From Gemmatimonadaceae bacterium (GTDB lineage: Bacteria; Gemmatimonadota; Gemmatimonadetes; Gemmatimonadales; Gemmatimonadaceae): 64,000 bases of DNA. Each line of letters opens with the position of its first letter. The stretch's first letter is position 1. A model generated the notes under the pieces. It was not told where the DNA came from. It did no database searches and saw nothing but the letters and a program-made list of their open reading frames with translations. Position numbers and translations under genes: made by a program. The DNA is taken from the NCBI GenBank assembly GCA_051859245.1, contig JBHYGA010000001.1, positions 1,661,722-1,725,721 of the forward strand, in the 5' to 3' direction. Shown one piece after another: positions 22,448 through 30,878 of the stretch.

Positions 22448-22765
22448 ATGAGCTACGCGATTATCCGCACCGGCGGCAAGCAGTTCCGGGCAGAGCCGGG
22501 CAAGACCCTTCGTATTCCGTCGCTCATGGGCGACGCTGGTTCGACGGTTGAGTTCAACGAAGTGCTGCTCGGTTCCGACGGCACCTCCACGCGCACGGGC
22601 GTTCCCACGCTTGCTGGCGCGTCGGTCACGGCGCAGATCGTCAAGCATGGCAAAGACGAAAAGATCGTCGTGTTCAAGTTCAAGCGTCGCAAGAACTACG
22701 CGCGCAAGCAGGGACACCGTCAGAAGTTCACCGAAGTCCGTATTACGGACATCGTTCTCGGATAA
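22448..22765 (+). CDS. rplU: 50S ribosomal protein L21
   Basis: [14 protein letters not shown]...[19 protein letters not shown]. Confidence 0.98.
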   Translation: MSYAIIRTGGKQFRAEPGKTLRIPSLMGDAGSTVEFNEVLLGSDGTSTRTGVPTLAGASVTAQIVKHGKDEKIVVFKFKRRKNYARKQGHRQKFTEVRITDIVLG

Positions 22766-22809
22766 CCGTTGCAGCGTTCGCGCCTGACGCGAATGCTCTG
22801 GAGATAGTC

Positions 22810-23115
22810 ATGGCTCATAAGAAAGGCGTAGGCTCGTCACGCAACGGTCGCGATTCAAATCCGCAGTACCGTGGCATCAAGAAGTACGGTGGTGAGTTCG
22901 TCACCGCCGGCAACATCATCGTGCGCCAGTGCGGCACCAAGTGGCACCCGGGTCGCAACGTTGGTCTCGGCACCGACTACACGATCTACTCGCTCGTCGA
23001 CGGCGTCGTGCAGTTCGAGCACAAGAACAAGAAGCGCCAGAAGGTGTCGGTCATTCCGGTCGAGTACATCGAGATCGAAGTGGACGAAGTACCCGCTGAG
23101 CCTGCAAACGCGTAA
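22810..23115 (+). CDS. rpmA: 50S ribosomal protein L27
   Basis: [16 protein letters not shown]...[15 protein letters not shown], with a GGAG RBS. Confidence 0.98.
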   Translation: MAHKKGVGSSRNGRDSNPQYRGIKKYGGEFVTAGNIIVRQCGTKWHPGRNVGLGTDYTIYSLVDGVVQFEHKNKKRQKVSVIPVEYIEIEVDEVPAEPANA

Positions 23116-23137
23116 TCGCGCCGCAGTCGAGCGCACT

Positions 23138-23179
23138 GAACGGCCCCTGATCTTCGAGATCGGGGGCCGTTCGTTTTTT
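23138..23179 (+). terminator. Intrinsic terminator after rpmA
   Basis: GAACGGCCCCTGATCT/AGATCGGGGGCCGTTC stem followed by GTTTTTT. Confidence 0.9.
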
Positions 23180-23208
23180 GCGGTGCGCTCGTCTACATTC
23201 ACGCGGGC

Positions 23209-23233
23209 GTAACCTCGCGGTGACGCGTCCGTA
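23209..23233 (+). promoter_or_regulatory. Putative ECF-sigma promoter for the 23269 gene
   Basis: GTAAC-N16-CGTA, with the same architecture as the motif before the ECF sigma gene. Confidence 0.5.
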
Positions 23234-23268
23234 CGGCTCGGTACCCCCTTCACATGGAGCATCACCGT

Positions 23269-23688
23269 ATGGCTATCTGGGACAAACTCAAAGACGGCAT
23301 CGACAAAGCCAGCAAAGTTGCGCAAGACGCGGTCGACGAGGGCAAGACGCGCCTGGACGCCCGCAAAGCCCGGCAGGCCGCCGATCAGGCGGCGGAATCG
23401 CTCGGTTACGCGGTGTACCGCGCCTGGCAGAACGCCCGTTCGCTCGATGAGCAGAGCCTGGAACGGCTCGCCCGGGCACTCCGCGATCACGAACAGGAAG
23501 CCGTGCGGCTCGAAGCGGCCTCAACGGAGGCCGCCGAGTGGCGTCGGCGCACGGGCGCGGCGGAGCCGCCGAGCGGGCCGGCCACGGGTGCCGCGTCGTC
23601 AGCCGCGGGACAAGCCGCCCCGGACGCGTCCTCGACCGCATCCGCTGAGGGACCGGCCTCGGGCCCCGTCAATCCCTCGGCTGGCTGA
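23269..23688 (+). CDS. Hypothetical helical protein with Ala/Pro/Ser-rich tail
   Basis: GGAG RBS, amphipathic MAIWDKLKDGIDKASKVAQD...LGYAVY and host-like codon usage. Confidence 0.7.
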   Translation: MAIWDKLKDGIDKASKVAQDAVDEGKTRLDARKARQAADQAAESLGYAVYRAWQNARSLDEQSLERLARALRDHEQEAVRLEAASTEAAEWRRRTGAAEPPSGPATGAASSAAGQAAPDASSTASAEGPASGPVNPSAG

Positions 23689-23702
23689 CGTGAGGATTTG
23701 CC

Positions 23703-23730
23703 TTAACACACGAATCGGCGTCACGTCTAC
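23703..23730 (+). promoter_or_regulatory. Putative autoregulatory ECF promoter
   Basis: TTAAC-N16-CGTCTAC immediately upstream of the ECF sigma start. Confidence 0.5.
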
Positions 23731-23742
23731 CACCACGTGCAG

Positions 23743-24297
23743 ATGACCGAGGCGGACCGAACGAAGGACGCGGCGGTGGACCAGGAGCTCATTGAGCGCT
23801 GGCGCGCCGGCGATGAGCGGGCGGCGACAGCGATTGTTGAGCGACACTCAACCGCGCTGGCCCGCTTCGCGCTCAGTCTCGGCGTTCGTGATGATCTGAA
23901 CGAGTTGGTGCAAGACACGTTTGTGCGTGCGTTTTCTGCGCTCGATTCGTTTCGTGCGGACAGTGCGCTTCGCACGTGGTTGTTTACGATTGAACGACGA
24001 TTGGTGCTGGATCGACGACGAGCAGCAAGGCGACGTCCGGACGCAGTAGAAGTGATGCCGGAAGACGCGGCGACAGAGTTTCACGCGTTGGACAGCATGG
24101 TGGCGAGTGAAACAGAAGACCGGGTGCGGGCCGCACTCACACGATTATCACCAATGCAGCGGGATGTGTTCACGCTGCGGGTGCAGGAAGGCAGAGCGTA
24201 CAAGGACATTGCGGATATTCTCGGGACTACCGAAGGCGCAGCCCGAGTGCATTATCACAACGCGCTTCGCGCGGTGAAGGAGTGGATTCATGACTGA
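23743..24297 (+). CDS. ECF (sigma70 group 4) RNA polymerase sigma factor
   Basis: Region 2 (ELVQDTFVRAF...FR.DS.LRTWLFTI) and region 4 (LSPMQRDVFTLR..EG..YKDIADILG). Start may be the GTG at 23737. Confidence 0.93.
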   Translation: MTEADRTKDAAVDQELIERWRAGDERAATAIVERHSTALARFALSLGVRDDLNELVQDTFVRAFSALDSFRADSALRTWLFTIERRLVLDRRRAARRRPDAVEVMPEDAATEFHALDSMVASETEDRVRAALTRLSPMQRDVFTLRVQEGRAYKDIADILGTTEGAARVHYHNALRAVKEWIHD

Positions 24298-24994
24298 TTG
24301 CACCAACAACGACCTGCAGGATCTGTTGCCCGAGTTTGCGGCTGGCGAGTTGCCAGCGCGCGAACGCGAGCTGGTCGACGTGCATCTGGTGTCGTGCGCT
24401 GCCTGCCGCGAAGAAGTCGAGGTGCTCGTGGCGGTGCTCAACGCACGTCCACTGCCGCCGATCATCGATGTGGCCTCCATTGTGGCGGCATTGCCCAAGC
24501 CACCAGTGCTCGCGGCCTCGTCGCGCGAAGAGCCAGCGACGCCAACACTTCGGGTGGTCACTGGCGGGCAGACTGGTCGCGCGCCGTCCATGCAGAAGGC
24601 GCGCGCCACACGTTCCGTGTTTGGTTCATCGTTCATGAAGTTCGCGGCTACGCTCACACTGGTTGCCGTTGGCGGTCTTTCCGTGGTGATGTCGGGCCGT
24701 GGCCCAATGTCGGTGTCGGACGCAGAGGTCGCTTCGGCGCCGATGTTCAGCGGTGACTCCACGGTGGTTGCCACACTTCCCGAGCCGTATTCAGCTGATC
24801 GTGTACCGGTAAAGGCGGTGGTGTCGGTTGCGCCATCCGTGTTGCCGATTCAGGAGTTGTCGGACTACTCCGATGATGAACTTGCGCTGTTGCTTGAACG
24901 GCTCGAGGCGTGGGACGGAGCACCGCCGGTTGAACCGGACAACGTGCCGCCGGCCACTATACAGAGTGACACCGCGATTCAGGAGGGATCATGA
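24290..24994 (+). CDS. Zinc-binding (zf-HC2/ZAS) transmembrane anti-sigma factor
   Basis: HLVSCAAC (HxxxCxxC), one TM segment (FAATLTLVAVGGLSVVM) and overlap with the sigma gene stop. Confidence 0.88.
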   Translation: MTDCTNNDLQDLLPEFAAGELPARERELVDVHLVSCAACREEVEVLVAVLNARPLPPIIDVASIVAALPKPPVLAASSREEPATPTLRVVTGGQTGRAPSMQKARATRSVFGSSFMKFAATLTLVAVGGLSVVMSGRGPMSVSDAEVASAPMFSGDSTVVATLPEPYSADRVPVKAVVSVAPSVLPIQELSDYSDDELALLLERLEAWDGAPPVEPDNVPPATIQSDTAIQEGS

Positions 24995-25587
24995 TCGCAC
25001 AGACATATGCAGGGTTTCGCCGGCACATTGGTGCCGCGCTCGCGGCTGCCGCGCTCGTCGTGTGTGTGCCGATCATGCAGGCAAGCGCACAATCGGGACC
25101 GCCGCAGGCGCGGCAGGGTCGCAGTGGACAGCCGCGCGGCGATCGCGAGATGGAGCAGCAAGTGCAGCGTCGTATTGGCGCCATGCTCAAGGAACGTCTC
25201 TCGCTCACTGACGATCAGCTGGTCAAGCTCGAAGCGGTCACCATGAAGCTTGAGCGCGACCGTCGAGCGGTGCGCGGGGAAGAGTTCCGCTTGCGCAGCG
25301 CGATGCGTCGTCATCTGCTGGCGGGAGATGCCGCATCCAATGATTCGGTCGCACCGTTGCTAGATCGGTTGCCCGCACTGGAACGTCGCAAGATCGATCT
25401 GATGGAGTTGGAGCAGCGTGAGTTGGCGCAGTTCCTCTCGCCAGTGCAGCGCGCGCGATTCATGGCGCTGCAGGAAGAGATCCGTCGCAACATGGACGAG
25501 ATCCGCGAGAAGCGCACGCCGGGAACGCCTTCACGATCCGGCGATCGGCCGCCACACAGCGCGCCGCCCACAAGCGGTCGTCCGTAG
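24991..25587 (+). CDS. Periplasmic Spy/CpxP-family (LTxxQ) protein
   Basis: Signal peptide, two LTxxQ-like motifs (LSLTDDQ, LSPVQ), helical Met/Arg-rich body and ATGA coupling to the anti-sigma gene. Confidence 0.7.
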   Translation: MIAQTYAGFRRHIGAALAAAALVVCVPIMQASAQSGPPQARQGRSGQPRGDREMEQQVQRRIGAMLKERLSLTDDQLVKLEAVTMKLERDRRAVRGEEFRLRSAMRRHLLAGDAASNDSVAPLLDRLPALERRKIDLMELEQRELAQFLSPVQRARFMALQEEIRRNMDEIREKRTPGTPSRSGDRPPHSAPPTSGRP

Positions 25588-25602
25588 GCGGAGTTCCGAG
25601 GG

Positions 25603-25628
25603 CAGAAGCCGGCGCGAGTCGGCTTCTG
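25603..25628 (+). terminator. Hairpin closing the ECF operon (no clear U-tract)
   Basis: CAGAAGCCGGC-GCGA-GTCGGCTTCTG, with a GNRA loop. Confidence 0.5.
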
Positions 25629-25677
25629 GTGCGTCTGCACCATTGATCCCGAGTGCCTCACGCGTCTACTATTCCGC

Positions 25678-26118
25678 ATGCGACGTTCTCGCGCGGCGAA
25701 GATGCTTGGTCTGCTGCTAGCCTTGTGGTCGGTTCTGCTGACAGGCGAACCGATCTGGCTACACGACTGCCCAACCATGCCGTCGTCCGCTGTTTCAGCC
25801 GAGCCGAGCGAAGGCATCGCTGGTGCAGCGGTCTCGCCGGAGTCACACGCGCACCACGAACACGCCGCCGCAAACGCGCCGAACGCGGACGAGTCATCGC
25901 ATCACTCCGACAGTTCGCCGCACGAGTGCAACTGTGTTGGCGTGTGTGCGTCCGCCAGTGTTATCGCCGCGCCAGTGCTCGCGATCGTGCGCGTGCCAGC
26001 GCCCGCCGAAGTCATTTCGGCCACAACGCAGTATCCGAAGCACACCTCGGTAGACGCCCGGCCCGCGCCATCGTCGCGCCTGCCGTGGCCAACGGCACCG
26101 CCAGTCCTGTTCGCCTGA
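25678..26118 (+). CDS. DUF2946/CruR-CutF-like exported His/Cys-rich leader protein, putative ribosome-arrest regulator
   Basis: Signal/TM segment, HDCP, HAHHEH, HH, HECNCVGVC and C-terminal RLPWPTAPP four residues before the stop. Lies upstream of a TonB-dependent receptor. Confidence 0.65.
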   Translation: MRRSRAAKMLGLLLALWSVLLTGEPIWLHDCPTMPSSAVSAEPSEGIAGAAVSPESHAHHEHAAANAPNADESSHHSDSSPHECNCVGVCASASVIAAPVLAIVRVPAPAEVISATTQYPKHTSVDARPAPSSRLPWPTAPPVLFA

Positions 26119-26293
26119 TCGCGTGAATGCCGCGTGCCGCTGTCGCACAAACGACGGCGCACATCGCATTTGCACGCAAACTCTCACGCGCACCACGCCA
26201 GCCACGAGGGCTGTCGTGCAGATGTGCGTCGGCGAACTGTGAAGAGCGGGGCACTGCGTACACACGCATGCCCGCTCGGAGAACACTACACCC

Positions 26294-28666
26294 ATGTTGA
26301 AATTCTTCTGCAGCCGCTTTGCGGTTGCTGTCTCGTGCGCGCTTGTGTTGTTCGCGAGCAGCACGACGTCGCTGTCAGCCCAGGCACAAACCACCAGTGT
26401 GAGCGGCCGCGTCCTGGCCTCCGAAAACGGGTCGCCCCTTGAAGGGGTGCTGCTCGACATTCCGGGCACACGGCTTGGGACCATGTCAGGTGCCAATGGT
26501 GCGTGGCGCATCGACGGCGTCACGATTGGACGCGTGCGCATTCGCGCTCGGCGGCTCGGACTTGATACGCTCACGCGTGTGGTGGAGCTGCGAGCCGAAG
26601 GCAACGCGCTGATCGAGCTTCGTATGTCGAGCGCCACGTCGGTCGTGGCGCCCGTTGTGGTGAGCGCCACGCGCGAGGCGCAGCGTCGTGTTGAGAACTC
26701 GGCGACGATTGATGTGATTGGTGGCGCTGAGCTTCGGCTGGCGCGTGCCTCACATCCGGCGCAGGTCATGAAACGCATTCCGGGCGTATACGTCTCGCAG
26801 CTCTCGGGCGAAGGGCACTCGATGGCGATCCGGCAGCCGATCACCACCAAACCGATGTACCTGTATCTCGAAGACGGTGTGCCAACGCGCGCCACCGGCT
26901 TCTTCAATCACAACGCGATGTATGAGGTCAACCTGCCGCAGGCTGGTGGAGTGGAAGTGCTCAAAGGACCTGGCACGGCGCTCTACGGCAGCGATGCGAT
27001 TGGCGGGGTGGTGAACGCGCTCACGCGTGAAGCGCCACCAGTGCCGAGCGCCGATCTGAGCATGGAAGGCGGACGGTACGGCTTTCAGCGCGTGCTCTTT
27101 TCCGGTGGCAGCACGCGCGGCAATCACGGAATTCGCGTTGATGCCAACTTCACGCAACTGACCGGCTGGCGAGAGAACGCGCCGTATGATCGGCAGAGCG
27201 CCACACTGCGCTGGGACGCCCGACTGCGCGACGGTTTGTCCGTGCGTACGGTGGTCACCACGTCCATGATTGATCAAAACGACGTGCTGGCACAGTCGGG
27301 TGAGCAGTTTCTTGCGCGCGACCCGATCAATCGTTCACCACTCGCCTTTCGCAAAGTGGAAGCGCTGCGTTGGAGTTCAGCTATTGAGAAAGTGAACGCG
27401 CGCAGCAGCTGGAGCATCACGCCGTTCGCACGCCGCAACGTGCTTGAACTGTTGCCGTCGTGGCAGCTCACCTTCAACCCCCAGGTCTGGGATACGCGGA
27501 ACACCTCGTACGGCGTCCTGGCACGTGCACGACGTGACTTTGCACCACTGAACTCCCGCGTGATTGTTGGCGCCGATATCGATGTCAGCCCGGGCAGCTT
27601 TACCGCCGATCAAGCGGTGCTGCAAACGCAGGGAACAGGTGCCGCGCGCATCTTTGAATCGTACACGCTTGGCGTTCGCCAGTACGACTACGATGTCACC
27701 TTCCGTCAGGCGTCGCCGTACCTGCACACGGAGTTCTCGCCCTTCACACGCGTTCGCGTTGATGCCGGTTTGCGATACGACGTAGTGGCCTACGATTACA
27801 CCACCAACATTGCGGCGCGCGACACAGGACGCTTTCGCATTCCTGGTGACCAGACGCGCGACTATCAGCGATTCAGCCCCAAGATTGGCGTCACCGCAGA
27901 TGTCGCGCCGTGGCTCAACGTGTACGGAGCGTATCGCACCGGTTTCCGTGCGCCATCACACTCACAGCTCTTCCAGCAGAACGATGCGGCCAGCACGGTG
28001 GATCTCAAGCCGGTCACCGTGGAAAGCGCAGAAGTTGGACTGCGCGGTGAAGCAGGCGGCAAACTTGCGTGGTCACTCGCCGCGTACGATATGCGGTTGC
28101 AGAATGACATCATCACATTCGTGACCGCGACCAATACGCGCATTGCCACCAACGCCGGTTCCACCAGTCATCGTGGTATCGAAGGCAGTCTCGGCGCGCG
28201 TGTGCTGCCGCGTGTTCGTCTCGACCTCAGCGCAGCCGTTGCGGATCACCGCTACACCGACTGGACGCCGCAAGCGGCGCGTCCGGCCAGCGGCAACACG
28301 CCCGCTGTGGCAGAGGTCTCATACAGCGGCGCGCGAATTGAACAGGCCCCGCGCGTGCTTGGCAACGCGCTGCTGACACTCACACCAAAACTCATGCGTG
28401 GCGGACGATTGGCGGCGGAATGGTCACACACCGGTCGGTATCCGATGGATCCGTCGGGCGCAGTAGAGTACCGCGGACACGACCTGATCACGCTGCATGC
28501 AAACACATACATTCGCGGCGGTGTTGAGTTGTTTGCACGCGCGGTGAACGTGGCCGACAAAACGTACGCCGAGCTCGCCGCGTACGATCGGTTCGCGGGA
28601 CAACAGATCACTCCGGGCACGCCGCGTTCAATCTTTGTTGGCATGCGTTACGCATGGGAGCGCTAA
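26294..28666 (+). CDS. TonB-dependent receptor, probably metal (copper) uptake
   Basis: Signal peptide, N-terminal CarboxypepD_reg-like domain, VVVSATR TonB box region, VEVLKGPGTALYGSDAIGGVVN plug and barrel end PGTPRSIFVGMRYAW. The plug carries GEGHSM. Confidence 0.92.
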   Translation: MLKFFCSRFAVAVSCALVLFASSTTSLSAQAQTTSVSGRVLASENGSPLEGVLLDIPGTRLGTMSGANGAWRIDGVTIGRVRIRARRLGLDTLTRVVELRAEGNALIELRMSSATSVVAPVVVSATREAQRRVENSATIDVIGGAELRLARASHPAQVMKRIPGVYVSQLSGEGHSMAIRQPITTKPMYLYLEDGVPTRATGFFNHNAMYEVNLPQAGGVEVLKGPGTALYGSDAIGGVVNALTREAPPVPSADLSMEGGRYGFQRVLFSGGSTRGNHGIRVDANFTQLTGWRENAPYDRQSATLRWDARLRDGLSVRTVVTTSMIDQNDVLAQSGEQFLARDPINRSPLAFRKVEALRWSSAIEKVNARSSWSITPFARRNVLELLPSWQLTFNPQVWDTRNTSYGVLARARRDFAPLNSRVIVGADIDVSPGSFTADQAVLQTQGTGAARIFESYTLGVRQYDYDVTFRQASPYLHTEFSPFTRVRVDAGLRYDVVAYDYTTNIAARDTGRFRIPGDQTRDYQRFSPKIGVTADVAPWLNVYGAYRTGFRAPSHSQLFQQNDAASTVDLKPVTVESAEVGLRGEAGGKLAWSLAAYDMRLQNDIITFVTATNTRIATNAGSTSHRGIEGSLGARVLPRVRLDLSAAVADHRYTDWTPQAARPASGNTPAVAEVSYSGARIEQAPRVLGNALLTLTPKLMRGGRLAAEWSHTGRYPMDPSGAVEYRGHDLITLHANTYIRGGVELFARAVNVADKTYAELAAYDRFAGQQITPGTPRSIFVGMRYAWER

Positions 28667-28668
28667 CA

Positions 28669-29991
28669 ATGACGTTGAACATTACGCGTACCACATCGCG
28701 TCACGTGTACCACACGTGCACGGCGTTGGCGATTGTGCTGCTGGCCGCGTGTAGCACGCCAGAAGTTAATGCCACATCCATCGCGTTTGGCGATGCAGAA
28801 CGCCCGGGCCTTGGATCGCCGCGTGGCACCGCGCCAATGTTCGCGGTCACCCCCGATGGCCGAGAGGCCATCGCGTGGGTGTCTGCACCGGATGGCGGCA
28901 CCGACGGTCGATTGTATGTGCAAATCGGTAGCGCTTCGCCGGTCGAGCTGCGCGATAGTCTGGGTCCCATCGAGGGTCACGGTGAGGCCCCACCAAAACT
29001 CGTGATCGGTCCCGATGGGGTGGCGCACGCGATTTACGTAGTGTCGCGTCTCGAAGAGGGCCGCCGCTTTCCCGCGAGCGCGCTGCGTTACGTGCGATCA
29101 ACCGGCCGTGACGATGCGTGGACCTCTCCCATCACGGTCAGCGACGACGGGGATTTCGGTTCGCACAACTTTCACGCACTCTCGGTGGCCCCCGACGGCC
29201 GCGTGATCGTCTCGTGGCTGGACGGTCGCCATGGTCAGTCGGCCGCCTATGTGGCCGTCTCCTCTGACTCCGGCCGCACCTTCGCTGCGAACGTGCGCGC
29301 CGACACCACGGCCGCGTGCCCGTGCTGCCGAACCGCCGTCGCCGCGGCCACGGACGGTACGCTGTACATGGCCTGGCGCAGTATCCTGCCCGGTGGCATT
29401 CGCGACATTGTCATGGCCCGGTCGCAGGACGCTGGCGCCACCTGGAGCGAGCCAGTTCCCGTCCACGCCGACAACTGGCAGTTCGATGGCTGCCCCCACG
29501 CGGGACCGAGCGTTCGCGTCGATGCGGAAGGCCGAGTGCACGTGGCCTGGTGGACCGGACGTGAGGGTGCCGCTGGTGTGCAGTACGCCATCTCGACGGA
29601 CCAGGCCCGGACGTTTGGCCCACCCGTCGCGCTGGGGATGGCGAACTTCTCTCGACCGGCGCATGTTCAATTGGCACTGGGCGGAGCCGACACGGTGGTC
29701 GCGGTTTGGGACGACGGCACTGTGGAGACGCCGCAGGTGGTACTTCGACGTTCCGTCGATGGTGGAAAGACGTTCGCGCCCGCCATCATCTTGAGCGACA
29801 CGTCCAAAGCTGCCACTTTCCCAGTCGTCGGCGTTACCGGACGCGGAATCACCGTCGCCTGGTCCGAACAACCGCTTGCCAGCCTGGCTGCCGAGGAGAA
29901 AGCAAAGCCCAATATGCGCGATCCGAAAGCAGTCATGGGACTCAAATCGATCGGCGACATGCAGGTTGTCATTCGTCGGGAACGCCGATGA
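28669..29991 (+). CDS. BNR/Asp-box (sialidase-like) beta-propeller lipoprotein with CPCC and GCPH motifs
   Basis: Lipobox LAAC and Asp-boxes SSDSGRTF, SQDAGATW, STDQARTF, SVDGGKTF. GGGAG RBS before ATG 28669. Confidence 0.82.
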   Translation: MTLNITRTTSRHVYHTCTALAIVLLAACSTPEVNATSIAFGDAERPGLGSPRGTAPMFAVTPDGREAIAWVSAPDGGTDGRLYVQIGSASPVELRDSLGPIEGHGEAPPKLVIGPDGVAHAIYVVSRLEEGRRFPASALRYVRSTGRDDAWTSPITVSDDGDFGSHNFHALSVAPDGRVIVSWLDGRHGQSAAYVAVSSDSGRTFAANVRADTTAACPCCRTAVAAATDGTLYMAWRSILPGGIRDIVMARSQDAGATWSEPVPVHADNWQFDGCPHAGPSVRVDAEGRVHVAWWTGREGAAGVQYAISTDQARTFGPPVALGMANFSRPAHVQLALGGADTVVAVWDDGTVETPQVVLRRSVDGGKTFAPAIILSDTSKAATFPVVGVTGRGITVAWSEQPLASLAAEEKAKPNMRDPKAVMGLKSIGDMQVVIRRERR

Positions 29992-30662
29992 CACAGCGAT
30001 CGCACCACGTGCGCGCTGCCGTGCTGGCGGCACTCGCGATGTCGGCGCTTGTCGCGTGCGATCGCTCGCGCGCCAGCGATGGCGCCACCGCGTCTCCGCG
30101 AAGCGGACCGGTGAGTGTCGGCGCCACCGCGCCCGCCTATACAATTCAAACACTCGCCGGTGATTCGCTCAACGTGGGGCCGAGTGACCATCTGGTGTTG
30201 CTCAACGTGTGGGCCACGTGGTGCGCGTCATGCAAGGAAGAGTTTGCGTTTATGGACACGCTGCTCGCCAAGCATGGCCGCAAGGGCCTGCGCGTTGTTG
30301 CGGTCAGTGTTGACGTTGGAAGCAGCGAACCGGTTCAGCAGGTCGCGTCGCAGTACAACGTGACATTTGAAGTGGCGCACGATCCCGAAGGCACGATCGA
30401 GCGACGTTTTCCTGCGATGGGTGTGCCGGCGAGTTATCTCATCGATCGTGATGGCAAGTTGTTGTGGAAGCATGTGGGTGTACTTCCGCCCTCTGTAGAC
30501 GCGGTCATCGGAGACGCTCTGGAAGCCGCGCCAACGGAAGCGCCTGCTGAAGAGGAGCACGACCATCCGGTTGAGGAAGTACTGGAGGGACCGGGTGGCG
30601 AGGTGTACGGCGCTGTCAAGCCAGCGGCACGCGCGGGCGCGCTGGGCAAGCGCGTCGGCTAG
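29988..30662 (+). CDS. TlpA/ResA-like thiol-disulfide oxidoreductase lipoprotein
   Basis: ATGA overlap, lipobox LVAC, LLNVWATWCASC and GVPASYLIDRDG. Confidence 0.9.
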   Translation: MTQRSHHVRAAVLAALAMSALVACDRSRASDGATASPRSGPVSVGATAPAYTIQTLAGDSLNVGPSDHLVLLNVWATWCASCKEEFAFMDTLLAKHGRKGLRVVAVSVDVGSSEPVQQVASQYNVTFEVAHDPEGTIERRFPAMGVPASYLIDRDGKLLWKHVGVLPPSVDAVIGDALEAAPTEAPAEEEHDHPVEEVLEGPGGEVYGAVKPAARAGALGKRVG

Positions 30663-30723
30663 CGTATCTTGGCGTGTGCGGGGCTGGTGCCGCCGCAACA
30701 TCTGACTAGGTTGTGAGCAGTAC

Positions 30724-30807
30724 ACCCGGGTGGCGGAACTGGTAGACGCAGGGGACTCAAAATCCCCCATCCCTTGGGATATGGGGGTTCGATTCCCCCC
30801 TCGGGTA
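30724..30807 (+). tRNA. tRNA-Leu(CAA)
   Basis: Acceptor ACCCGGG/CTCGGGT, D-arm TGGCGGAACTGGTAGACGC, anticodon arm GGGGA-CTCAAAA-TCCCC, long variable arm and GGTTCGATTCC. CCA not encoded in register. Confidence 0.95.
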
Positions 30808-30813
30808 TCCAAC

Positions 30814-30857
30814 ACAAACGCCGCGCAAGCTCAGAGCTCGCGCGGCGTTTGTTCTTG
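30814..30857. terminator. Probable bidirectional terminator between tRNA-Leu and ilvE
   Basis: ACAAACGCCGCG/CGCGGCGTTTGT inverted repeat, T-rich on both strands. Confidence 0.75.
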
Positions 30858-30878
30858 CGTCCCTGTTGGCGCGTGGAC

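Noticed and set aside
30724..30807. tRNA-Leu as an integration site for the upstream metal-uptake operon
   Set aside because: There is no integrase, I saw no duplicated tRNA 3' end, the operon lies 5' of the tRNA, and its composition matches the host.
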